Source: Pseudomonadota bacterium
Lineage (GTDB): Bacteria; Pseudomonadota; Gammaproteobacteria; Burkholderiales; Burkholderiaceae_F
DNA: 64,000 nt
Assembly (NCBI GenBank): GCA_029778535.1
Contig: JAKOQB010000039.1
Location: 41,298-105,297 of the forward strand
Direction of reading: 5' to 3'
Shown here piece by piece: positions 36,702 to 46,000 of the stretch. A program made the translations under genes and the position numbers. Below the pieces are notes generated by a model that saw only the letters and a list, made by a program, of their open reading frames with translations, was not told the origin of the DNA and searched no databases. The stretch's first letter is position 1. Every line of letters starts with the position of its first letter.

Positions 36702-37892
36702 ATGGGTACCGACTTCCTCAAACGACTGAGACGGCGCTTCGGCGTGATCGCGCTTGCGGCGGTGCTGCTTGCCGCCTTCGCCTGGGTCGCGCTGACGCAG
36801 GGGCCGATGGCGCCGCCGCAGGTCGTGCTGGCGGCCGCGCGTGAAGGCGCGGCCGCGCCGCAGGCGTTCGGCATCGGCACCGTCGAGGCACGCTACGGCT
36901 ATGCGGTCGGCGCGGTGCAGGCGGGGCGGCTGGTGCGCGTGCTGGTCGACCAGGGCGATGCGGTCAAGCGCGGCCAGTTGCTGGCCGAGGTCGATCCGGT
37001 CGACCTCGACGAGCGGCTCGCCGCCGCGCGCAGCGCGTTCGAGCGCGCGCGTCATTCGGCCGACACCGCGGCCGCGCAGCTCGGCGAAGCGAAGGCCCGC
37101 CAGCAGATGGCATTCGCGTCGGCGAACCGCTGGCGCGATCTCGGCCGGCAGGGCTTCGTCAGCAGCGAAGCGGTCGACGCGAAGGTCGCGGAGGCCGATG
37201 CGACGCGCGCCGGCGTGGACGCCGCCGCTTCGGCGCTCGCGGCGGCGAAGCAGGAGATCGGCCGCAGCAGCGCCGACATCGCCGCGCTCGGCAAGCAGCG
37301 AGCGAACCTGCGGCTGGTGAGCCCCGTCGACGGCGTCGTCACCGCGCGCGAGGCGGAAGCCGGCAACACCGTCGTCGCCGGACAGGCCGTGATCCGCGTA
37401 ATCGATCCGGCCAGCATGTGGGTGCGCGTGCGGATCGATCAGGGCAAGGCGGCCGGCATCGCGCCGGGACAGGCCGCGCGCATCGTGCTGCGTTCGCGCC
37501 GCGGCGAGGCGCTGCCGGGCAAGGTGGTTCGGATCGAGCTGCAGGCCGACCCGGTGACGGAGGAACGACTGGTCGATGTCGCGTTCGATCGTCCTCCAAG
37601 CGGCTGGTCGATCGGCGAACTCGCCGAAGTGACGATCGAGCTGCCGAAGGTCGACGTGGGACTCTTCGTGCCGTCGCAGGCGGTGCAGCGGCTCGGCGCG
37701 CAGACGGGTGTGTGGCGCGTCGATAACGGCCGCGCGCGGTTCGTTCCGGTCAAGGTGGGTGCGAGCACGCTCGACTCCACCCAGATCCTCGACGGGCTTG
37801 CCGCCGGTGACGAGGTGGTCGCGTACAGCCAGCAGACGTTGCGGCCCGACATGCGCGTGCGCGCGGTCACGCGGCTGGCCAGCGCTCGATGA
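36702..37892 (+). CDS. HlyD/MFP-family periplasmic adaptor subunit
   Basis: N-terminal TM anchor, the lipoyl-like ..G.LVRVLVDQGDAVKRGQLLAEVDPVD, a coiled coil, and ..LVSPVDGVVTAREAEAGN.V.AGQ.V. The start was trimmed to ATG 36702. Confidence 0.88.
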   Translation: MGTDFLKRLRRRFGVIALAAVLLAAFAWVALTQGPMAPPQVVLAAAREGAAAPQAFGIGTVEARYGYAVGAVQAGRLVRVLVDQGDAVKRGQLLAEVDPVDLDERLAAARSAFERARHSADTAAAQLGEAKARQQMAFASANRWRDLGRQGFVSSEAVDAKVAEADATRAGVDAAASALAAAKQEIGRSSADIAALGKQRANLRLVSPVDGVVTAREAEAGNTVVAGQAVIRVIDPASMWVRVRIDQGKAAGIAPGQAARIVLRSRRGEALPGKVVRIELQADPVTEERLVDVAFDRPPSGWSIGELAEVTIELPKVDVGLFVPSQAVQRLGAQTGVWRVDNGRARFVPVKVGASTLDSTQILDGLAAGDEVVAYSQQTLRPDMRVRAVTRLASAR

Positions 37893-39082
37893 TCAACCTT
37901 GCCGGCCGCGACATCCTGCATCACTGGGGCCGCTACGCGTTCACCGGCGTCGGCCTCGGGCTGCTGATCGGCGTCACGCTGTCGATGGCGGGCATCTACC
38001 GCGGCATGATCGACGACGCGCAGGCGCTGCTCAACGGCAGCGGCGCCGACATCTGGGTGGTGCAGAAGGACACGCTCGGCCCGTACGCGGAGCCGTCGAG
38101 CCTGCGCGACGACGTGTACCGCGACATCCTCGGCCTCACGGGCGTGCGCGCCGCCGCCAACGCGACCTACCTGACGATGCAGATCGAGCATGAGGGTCGC
38201 GACGTGCGGGTGATGGTCGCCGGCTACGAACCCGGCCAGCCGGGCGAACCGAATCCGCTGGTGGCGGGCCGGCCGATCGCGCGCAGCCACTACGAGGCGA
38301 TCGCGGATGCGAAGACCGGGTTTCGCGTCGGCGACACGGTGCGCATCCGCCGCCACGATTACGCGGTAGTGGGCCTGACCACGCGCATGGTGTCGTCGGG
38401 CGGCGACCCGATGCTGTTCATTCCGCTGAAGGACGCGCAGGAAGCGCAGTTCCTGAAGGACAACGACGCGATCCGCAACGAGCGCAACCGCGTGGCGGCG
38501 AATCCCGCGTTCAATCGCCCCGGCGTGCCGGGTTTGCTCGAAGCGGTGCAGGCGAGCCAGACCAGCAGCCGTTCGGTCAACGCGGTCCTGGTGCGCGTCG
38601 CCGACGGCACGAACGTCGACGCGGTGGCCGACGAGATCGCGCGCTGGAAGCGTCTGACGGCGTACACGCGCGCCGACATGGAGGAGATCCTGGTCGCGAA
38701 GATGATCGCCACCAGCGCGCGGCAGATCGCCACCTTCCTCGTGATCCTGGCGATCGTCAGCGCGGCGATCGTCTCGTTCATCATCTACACGATGACGCTC
38801 GGCAAGATCAAGGAGATCGCGGTGCTGAAGCTGATCGGCACCAAGAGCCGCACGATCTCGGCGATGATCCTGCAGGAAGCGCTCGGGCTCGGGCTGATCG
38901 GCTTCATGGTCGGCCGCGTGGTCGCGGCGCTGTGGGCGCCGTACTTCCCGAAATACGTGCTGCTGATGCCGGGCGACACCGTCAGCGCGTTCTTCGCGGT
39001 GATGGCGATCTGCGCGCTCGCGAGCCTGCTCGCGATCCGCACCGCGCTCGCGGTCGATCCGGCCGAAGCGATCGGCGGCTGA
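37889..39082 (+). CDS. ABC transporter permease, FtsX/MacB/DevC-like
   Basis: N-terminal TM, a large periplasmic domain, then a C-terminal FtsX-type 3-TM bundle (..IKEIAVLKLIGTKSRTISAMILQEAL..). ATGA overlap with the adaptor gene. Confidence 0.88.
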   Translation: MINLAGRDILHHWGRYAFTGVGLGLLIGVTLSMAGIYRGMIDDAQALLNGSGADIWVVQKDTLGPYAEPSSLRDDVYRDILGLTGVRAAANATYLTMQIEHEGRDVRVMVAGYEPGQPGEPNPLVAGRPIARSHYEAIADAKTGFRVGDTVRIRRHDYAVVGLTTRMVSSGGDPMLFIPLKDAQEAQFLKDNDAIRNERNRVAANPAFNRPGVPGLLEAVQASQTSSRSVNAVLVRVADGTNVDAVADEIARWKRLTAYTRADMEEILVAKMIATSARQIATFLVILAIVSAAIVSFIIYTMTLGKIKEIAVLKLIGTKSRTISAMILQEALGLGLIGFMVGRVVAALWAPYFPKYVLLMPGDTVSAFFAVMAICALASLLAIRTALAVDPAEAIGG

Positions 39083-39084
39083 CG

Positions 39085-39798
39085 ATGACCGAGGTTCCGG
39101 CAATCCGAGTCACCGGACTCACCAAGACCTACGGCAGCGGCGCGACCGCGGTGCAGGCGCTCAAGGGCGTCGACCTGACGATCTGGCCCGGCGAAGTCGT
39201 CGGCCTGATCGGCCCGAGCGGCTCCGGCAAGAGCACGCTCCTCAAGTGCCTGGGCGCGGTGATCGATCCGACGTCGGGCCGCATCGAACTCGGCGGCGAG
39301 ACCGTGTTCGAGGACGGATGGAAGATCCGCGACCTGCGCACCCTGCGGCGCGACCGCATCGGCTTCATCTTCCAGGCGCCTTACCTGATCCCGTTTCTCG
39401 ACGCGACCGACAACGTCGCGCTGCTGCCGATGCTGGCGGGGCGCCCGAATCCCGATTCGCGCCGGCGCGCGGTCGAGCTGCTGGTCGATCTCGATGTCGC
39501 GCACCGCGCCGGCGCGCGCGTGTCGGAGCTGTCCGGCGGCGAACAGCAGCGGATCGCGATCGCGCGCGCGCTCGCCAATGCGCCGCCGATCATCCTCGCC
39601 GACGAACCGACCGCGCCGCTCGACAGCGAGCGCGCGCTGGCCGTCGTGCGAATCCTGAACCGCATGGCCGCGCAGTCGCGCGCCGCGATCATCGTGGTCA
39701 CGCACGACGAGAAGATCATCCCGACGTTCAAGCGCATCTTCCACATCCGCGACGGCCGCACGCACGAAGAGGCCGGCGAGGGGCGGGCGGTGGCGTGA
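39085..39798 (+). CDS. ABC transporter ATP-binding protein (MacB/DevA-type)
   Basis: Walker A GPSGSGKST, Q-loop, signature LSGGEQQRIAIARAL, Walker B IILADEPT and an H-loop VTHD. Confidence 0.93.
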   Translation: MTEVPAIRVTGLTKTYGSGATAVQALKGVDLTIWPGEVVGLIGPSGSGKSTLLKCLGAVIDPTSGRIELGGETVFEDGWKIRDLRTLRRDRIGFIFQAPYLIPFLDATDNVALLPMLAGRPNPDSRRRAVELLVDLDVAHRAGARVSELSGGEQQRIAIARALANAPPIILADEPTAPLDSERALAVVRILNRMAAQSRAAIIVVTHDEKIIPTFKRIFHIRDGRTHEEAGEGRAVA

Positions 39799-39811
39799 AG
39801 GAGATTTGACG

Positions 39812-40438
39812 ATGAAGTTTCCCGCGTTCTTCGACGAGGTGCCGGCGATCGCCGTGCGCGACCCGCTGGCCGAACTGCTCGGCGCGGCCGAGAATGGCCG
39901 CATCGAGTATTGCTACGCCGATGCGGTCAAGCTCGCTGGGCATTCCTGCCCGACGGTCGCGAGCGCGTGGCTGATGACCGCGCGCGCGCTGGCGGCGCTG
40001 TACCCGCATGAACTGCCCGAGCGCGGCAACATCCAGGTCGAACTGCGCGGCGCGCAGGAGGAGGGCGTCGAAGGCGGGATCGCGCTCGTCGCGGGGCTGA
40101 TCACCGGCGCCGCGGGCTCCGGAGGTTTCAAGGGCATCGCGGGCCGGCACGCGCGCCGCGAGCTGCTGCGGTTCGGCGCGCCGATCCGCGGCCGCCTGCG
40201 CTTCGCGCGACTCGACACGCAGCGCGCGGTCGAGGTCGACTTTCATGGCGAACGCGTGCCGATGCCGCCCGAGATGAAGGCGCTGCTGGCCGTTGCCGTC
40301 GCGCCGGGCGCGACCGTTGAGGCGCGCGGTGCGTTCGGGCGCCGCTGGCAGTCATGGGTCAAGGCGATCCTGATCGACCACCGCGACGATCCGCAACTGG
40401 TCGAGGTGCACGAAGCGAACGCGGCCGCGCCGGCCTGA
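39812..40438 (+). CDS. Hypothetical protein, possibly FmdE-domain-like
   Basis: ..ADAVKLAGHSCPTVASAWLM.. resembles the H-x-C-P-G/T motif of FmdE-family domains. ATG 39812 lies 8 nt after AAGGAGA. The family call is tentative. Confidence 0.45.
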   Translation: MKFPAFFDEVPAIAVRDPLAELLGAAENGRIEYCYADAVKLAGHSCPTVASAWLMTARALAALYPHELPERGNIQVELRGAQEEGVEGGIALVAGLITGAAGSGGFKGIAGRHARRELLRFGAPIRGRLRFARLDTQRAVEVDFHGERVPMPPEMKALLAVAVAPGATVEARGAFGRRWQSWVKAILIDHRDDPQLVEVHEANAAAPA

Positions 40439-40448
40439 AGCCGCGCCG

Positions 40449-41147
40449 ATGGCCCGCCGCGAAGTCGCCGCGCACGAGCTGCTGGCCAACGTGGCGCTGT
40501 TCAAGCAGCTCGACGCCGCGTCGCGCGCGCGCATCGCCGCGCACGTGAGCAAGCTGCGGCGGCGGCGCGGCGAGCATGTGTTTCATCGCGGCGATGCGCC
40601 GACCGGGTTCTTCGTCGTCGTGTACGGCGAGATCGCACTCACCGTGCCGGGTGCGCGCGGGCCGAGGCTCACGGGCCTCGTCGGTGCCGGCCGCAGCTTC
40701 GGCGAGCCGATGATGTTCCTGAACAAGCCCTACATCGTCGACGCGCGCGCCCACACCGATGCGCTGCTGCTGTTCGTGCCGAAGGACGCGGTGTTCGCCG
40801 AGCTCGAGCGCAACCCGGCGTTTGCCCATCGAATGATCGCGGGACTCGCGGCGCGGATCGAGGCGCTGGTGCACGAGCTCGACGCGCAGGCGCGCGGCTC
40901 GGCGCGCGAGCGGCTGATCGATCACCTGCTGCGCGCGGCCGGCGTGCGCGATGGCGCGGCCGTCATCGAGCTGCCGACGACCAAGGTGGCCCTTGCATCG
41001 CAGCTCGGGCTGACCGCCGAGCATCTGTCGCGGCTGCTGCGCGATCTCGCTGAACGCGAGCTGATCCGCGTCGACGGCCGCCGCATCGCGATCGCCGACG
41101 CCGCGGCGCTGGCGCGCGTCAGGCGGCGCGGTTCCGGAAACGGTTGA
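40449..41147 (+). CDS. Crp/Fnr-family transcriptional regulator (no N-terminal Cys cluster; Dnr/NnrR-like subgroup plausible)
   Basis: A cNMP-binding-like beta-roll (..LFKQLD......I......RR..GE.VF..GD....FFVVV.G.I.L..) and a C-terminal HTH (..[29 protein letters not shown]). The FNR-type CX2CX5C is absent. Confidence 0.85.
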   Translation: MARREVAAHELLANVALFKQLDAASRARIAAHVSKLRRRRGEHVFHRGDAPTGFFVVVYGEIALTVPGARGPRLTGLVGAGRSFGEPMMFLNKPYIVDARAHTDALLLFVPKDAVFAELERNPAFAHRMIAGLAARIEALVHELDAQARGSARERLIDHLLRAAGVRDGAAVIELPTTKVALASQLGLTAEHLSRLLRDLAERELIRVDGRRIAIADAAALARVRRRGSGNG

Positions 41148-41943
41148 TCTGGTCGCGCGCGGCGAGCGCGGCTGCGCGCGCGGCCTGCGCGAAGTCCTCG
41201 CCGTGGCTCGCGTACAGGATTGAGCGCGACGAGTTGATCACCATGCCGGCACCAATGCGCGTCTGCCCGGCCTGCACGGCGGCCTGCACGTCGCCGCCCT
41301 GCGCGCCGATGCCGGGCACGAGCAGGGGCATGTCGCCGACGATCGCCCGCACGCGCGCCAGCTCGACCGGATAGGTCGCGCCGACCACGAGGCCGAGTTG
41401 CCCGCTGGTGTTCCACTCGTCGCGGACGAGCCGCGCGACGCGCTCGAACAGCCGTTCGCCGCCGACATCGATCATCTGCAGCGCGTCGCCGCCGGGGTTG
41501 CTGGTGCGGCACAGGACGAATGCGCCGCGGCCGGGGTAGGAGAGATAAGGAACGATCGCGTCGAGCCCCTGGTACGGCTGCAGCGTGACTGCGTCGGCGC
41601 CGTAGCGCTCGAACACCTCGCGCGCGTACTGCTCGCTGGTGGCGCCGATGTCGCCGCGCTTGGCGTCGAGAATGACCGGCACGTCCGGGTGCTGCGCGCG
41701 CAGGTGCGCGATCAGGCTTTCGAGCTGGTCCTCGGCGCGCGCGGCGGCGAAGTAGGCGATCTGCGGCTTGAACGCGCACACGAGATCCGCGGTCGCGTCG
41801 GCGATCGCGCGGCAGAACTCGTAGATCGCGTCGTCGCGCTCGCGCAGGTGCGCGGGCAGCCGCGTCGCATCGGGATCGAGTCCCACGCACAGCAGCGTAT
41901 CGGCCTGCCGCCAGCGCGCGTCCAGTTTCTCGGTGAATTTCAA
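41119..41943 (-). CDS. pyrF: Orotidine-5'-phosphate decarboxylase (type 2)
   Basis: ..LLCVGLDPD.., ..FKPQIAYF.., ..[12 protein letters not shown] and ..[12 protein letters not shown] 41943 lies 6 nt after GGAGA and gives the usual (M)KFTEKL N-terminus. The alternative ATG 41970 lacks a Shine-Dalgarno. The 3' end overlaps the crp-like gene by 29 nt. Confidence 0.88.
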   Translation of the reverse strand: MKFTEKLDARWRQADTLLCVGLDPDATRLPAHLRERDDAIYEFCRAIADATADLVCAFKPQIAYFAAARAEDQLESLIAHLRAQHPDVPVILDAKRGDIGATSEQYAREVFERYGADAVTLQPYQGLDAIVPYLSYPGRGAFVLCRTSNPGGDALQMIDVGGERLFERVARLVRDEWNTSGQLGLVVGATYPVELARVRAIVGDMPLLVPGIGAQGGDVQAAVQAGQTRIGAGMVINSSRSILYASHGEDFAQAARAAALAARDQINRFRNRAA

Positions 41944-42008
41944 CGTCTGTCTCCACGGATCCGGCGGCATTCTAGAGGCGTGTAACCTGCGCCCCGCCGT
42001 TCGCCGTC

Positions 42009-42890
42009 ATGACTGCGCTCACTCGTCGCGACCTCGTGCTGCTGGCGCTGCTCACGCTCGCGTGGGGCGTGAACTGGCCGGTGATGAAGTTCGGCGTCAC
42101 GTCGTTTCCGCCGCTCCTGTTCCGCGTGATCGTGCTGGCCGGCGGGGTCGCGGTGCTGTGGCTGTGGATCCGCGCGCGCGGGATTGCGCTCGCGGTGCCG
42201 CCGGGCCAGCGGATGACCGTGCTGTGGCTGGCGGTGCCGAACGTGATCATCTGGCAGATCCTGTCGGTGCTGGCGCTGAAGCTGTTGCCGTCGGGGCGCG
42301 CGGCGATCCTCGGCTACACGATGCCGGTGTGGGCGGTCGTCGTCAGCGTCGCGTTCTTCGGCGACCGGCCGCTGCCGCGCCATTGGCTCGGCATCGGCGC
42401 TGCGTTCGTCGGCACGCTGCTGCTGCTGGCGACCGAATTCACCGCGCTGGCCGGCCGGCCGCTCGGAACCATCCTGATGCTGATCGCCGCGGCGACCTGG
42501 GGCTGGGGCACCGTGCTGATGCGGCGGCACGTGCTGGAGCTTCCGACGGTCACCCTCGGCTTCTGGATGCTCGCCGCCGCGATTCCGGTGGCCGCGGTGA
42601 CCACGCTGGCATTCGAGACTGCGCAGTGGCGCGCGCCCACGCCGACCGAATGGGCCGCGATCTCCTACAACATCTTCGTTGCGATCGCCTTTTGCCACAT
42701 CGTGTGGTTTCACCTCGCGCGATTGCTGCCGCCGGCCGCGAGCGGGCTGTCGGTGATGCTGATTCCGGTGCTCGGCGTGTTCTCCAGCATGGCGATGCTG
42801 GGCGAGCAGCCGCACTGGCATGACTACACCGCGCTGGTGCTCATCCTTGTCGCGCTGGCCACCGTGCTGCTGCCGCAGCGGTCGAGGTAG
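42009..42890 (+). CDS. EamA-family (DMT) transporter
   Basis: 293 aa with 10 predicted TM segments in two EamA repeats (..LTLAWGVNWPVMK.. and ..AAATWGWGTVLMR..). Confidence 0.88.
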   Translation: MTALTRRDLVLLALLTLAWGVNWPVMKFGVTSFPPLLFRVIVLAGGVAVLWLWIRARGIALAVPPGQRMTVLWLAVPNVIIWQILSVLALKLLPSGRAAILGYTMPVWAVVVSVAFFGDRPLPRHWLGIGAAFVGTLLLLATEFTALAGRPLGTILMLIAAATWGWGTVLMRRHVLELPTVTLGFWMLAAAIPVAAVTTLAFETAQWRAPTPTEWAAISYNIFVAIAFCHIVWFHLARLLPPAASGLSVMLIPVLGVFSSMAMLGEQPHWHDYTALVLILVALATVLLPQRSR

Positions 42891-42903
42891 GGGAGCAAAT
42901 GCA

Positions 42904-42928
42904 AAGGGCCGGCGTTTCGCCAGCCCTT
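42904..42928. terminator. Hairpin between the convergent eamA-like and chpA genes
   Basis: AAGGGCCGGCG-TTT-CGCCAGCCCTT is an 11-bp stem with one mismatch. There is no strong T-tract on either side. Confidence 0.45.
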
Positions 42929-43055
42929 GGTTACCCTGCGCCGAGCGCAGGAAGTGTCGGCGTCCAATGCGCCGAAATCGATGCCGCTAACGTACCTGTG
43001 ATCGCGCTCGCGCGCAATGGCCGGAAGTTGGGACGCGCTGCGAAGACGTTATCGA

Positions 43056-46000
43056 TCACGCGGGAACGCGCTGCTTGCGTTGCGCCAGGTAACGGCGCAT
43101 CAGCGCCAGCAGTTCGTCTTCCTGGTACGGCTTGCCCAGGTATTCGTTGACGCCAAGGTCGAATGCCATCCTGCGGTGCTTTTCCGCCGTGCGCGACGTG
43201 ATCATGATGATCGGGATGCCGCTCATGGCCGCGTGGCCGCGAACGTTGCGCGTCAGCTCGAAGCCGTCCATCCTCGGCATCTCGATGTCCACCAGCATCA
43301 GGTCGGGCGTCAGATCCTGCAGCTGGCGCAGCGCGTCGACGCCGTCCTTGGCCTGCAGCACCTCGTAGCCGTGGCGCTCGAGCAGCCGCTGGGTGACGCG
43401 CCGGACCGTCAGCGAATCGTCGACCACCATGACCTGCGCCGGCGTGGCGGCGGCGATCTCGGTCGCGCCTTCGGCGCCGCCTTCCCCGGCCTGCGGCGCG
43501 AAGCGCGCGTCGGACAGCGTCGGCGGCTCCGGCGCGCGCATGATCAGCTGCACCGGGTTGATGATCAGCACGATCTCGCCGTTGCCCAGGATCGTCGCGC
43601 CCAGGATGCCGGCCAGCCGCGACACGCTCGCGCCGACCGTCTTGACCACGATCTCCTGATTGTTCGACACGTCGTCGACCGCGATCGCGAGCCGGTCGTC
43701 GCCGGACTTCAGCACGACCACCGGGATCTGCTTGACGTGCGCGAGCGTGATCTCCTCGCCCAGCAGTTGCGCCAGCGGCCGCAGCACGACCGGGCCGACG
43801 CCGGGGACCTCGATCATCCCTTCGCCGATCGAGCGCCCGATCTCCGACGGGCGGAAGCGCAGCACCTGCTCGACCATGCCCGACGGCAGCGCGAAGCGGC
43901 GCTGTCCGACGCGGGCCAGCACCGCCTGCATCACCGCCAGCGTCAGCGGCAGATACAGGGTGAAGCGAGTGCCGCGTCCGGCTTCGGTGCTCACGGCGAT
44001 GCGGCCGCCGAACGAACCCAGCTCGGAGCGCACCACGTCCATGCCGACGCCACGGCCGGCGAGTTCGGTCACCTCGGTCGCGGTCGTGAATCCGGGCGCG
44101 AAGATCAGTTCCATCAAATCGCGCTCGGACACCGGCTGATCGGGAGCGATCAGCTTGCGCTCGATCGCGCGCGCGCGGATGCGCTCGAGGTTCAATCCCG
44201 CGCCGTCGTCGGCGATCACGACGATGATCTCGTTGGCCTCCTGCCGCACGTCGATCTTCAGTTCCCCGGTCTCCGGCTTGCCGGCGGCCCTGCGCTGCGC
44301 CGGCGTCTCCAGCCCGTGGGCGATCGCGTTGCGCACCAGGTGCTCGAACGGCGCGCCCATTTTTTCCAGCACGCCGCGGTCGATCTCGGTGTTGGCGCCG
44401 CGGATGTCGAGGTTCACGCGCTTGTCGAGTTCCTTCGCGGCCTGGCGCGCGACCCGGTACAGGCGCTCGGAGATGTTGGCGAACGTGACCAGCCGCACGC
44501 GCATCAGCTGCTGCTGCAGTTCGCGCGTCAGCCGCCCCTGCGATGTCAGGTCGGAGTCGGCGAGCTGCACGCCCTTGAGCATGCTGCCCTGGACCATTGC
44601 CACATCCTCGACGGTCTCGCGCAGCATCCGCGTCAATTCCTGCAGCCGCGTGTAGCGGTCGTACTCGAGCGGATCGAACGCGGCCGACTCGCGCGAAAGC
44701 TGGTCGGAGCGCGCCTGGATCTGCGCGTCGGCCTGGATCTCCACTTCGCGCAACTGCGAGCGCAGCCGCTGGATGTTCTCGGTCAGGTCGACAATCGCGC
44801 CGCGCAGCGTGGTGACCTCGTTCTCCAGCTTGGCGCGCGCGATCGACACCTCGCCGGCGTGGTCGACCAGCTTGTCGAGCACGTCGGCGCGCACGCGGAT
44901 GTAGTTCGCCGTCGGCGCCGCGGCCGGCGCGGCCATCGTCGCAGTGATCTCCTCGGGCGCGGCCGCCTCGGCCGCCCGCATCGGGGCGACCGGCTGCGCC
45001 GCCGCGGGTGCGGCGGCCTGCGCCGGCGCGATGCCCGACTGCAGGCCGTCGAACAGGCCCAGCGCGTGGTCGTACGCGGTGTGCAGGTCCTCGATCAGAT
45101 CGGCCGGCACGTCGGCCAGGTGCATCGAGGCCTCGATGCGCGTTTCCATGTCGTGCACGACCTCGCCCAGCCGCATCGCGCCCGCCATGCGCGCGCTGCC
45201 CTTGACGGTGTGCAACTGGCGCATCAGCTCGCGCGCCACGTCGCGATCGTTGGGTCGCGCGGCCAGCGCTCGCAGCCTGGCGCCGATCGCGGGCAGCAGC
45301 TCGCTGCCCTCGGTCAGGAACACCGGCAGCAGGTCCGGGTCGAGTTCGTCGCGTACCGCCGGCGCGGCGGGCCGCGGCTCCTCGAGCGGCGCCGTCGACG
45401 CGATCTGGCCGAGCAGCGCGGCGGTCTCCGCCGCGGCCGCGCCTTCTTCCGCGGGTTTGACTTCCTCGGCCGGCTGCGCAGCGGCCGCGGCGACCGGCGC
45501 GATCGCCATCGGTTCCGGCGCGGTGACCGGCGCGGGCGCCGCTTCCTCGGCCGGCGATTCCTCTTCCTCGGCGGCGGGCAGGTGCAGCGCGGCCTGCGCG
45601 CGCACCACGCTCAGCAGGTCCTGAACCGCGGCGGCGTCGAGCGGCGCACGATCCGGATAGATGCCGGCGGCAAACTGGTGCAGCATGCCGCGCATGCGCT
45701 CGATCGCGCGCTCGAGCGTGTCGAACTGCGGCGGCGCCAGCGTCACGTGCGCGCCGGCTTCGCCGCTCAGCTCATGCAGCAGGTCGTCGAGCGGATCGGC
45801 GATCTCGAGCACCGGCTCGACGCCGACCGTGGAGGTGATCCCGGCCAGCGAATGCGCGCGCCGCGCCGCCTGCGCGGACGCCGGCCGCTGCGGTTCGTAG
45901 CGCCACTCGGACACGTCCTGCGCCAGCGTGCGGATGCACTCGTCCGATTCGTTCAGGAACACCGAGTACAACCCGTGGCTGACCGCGACCGGACCGATGC

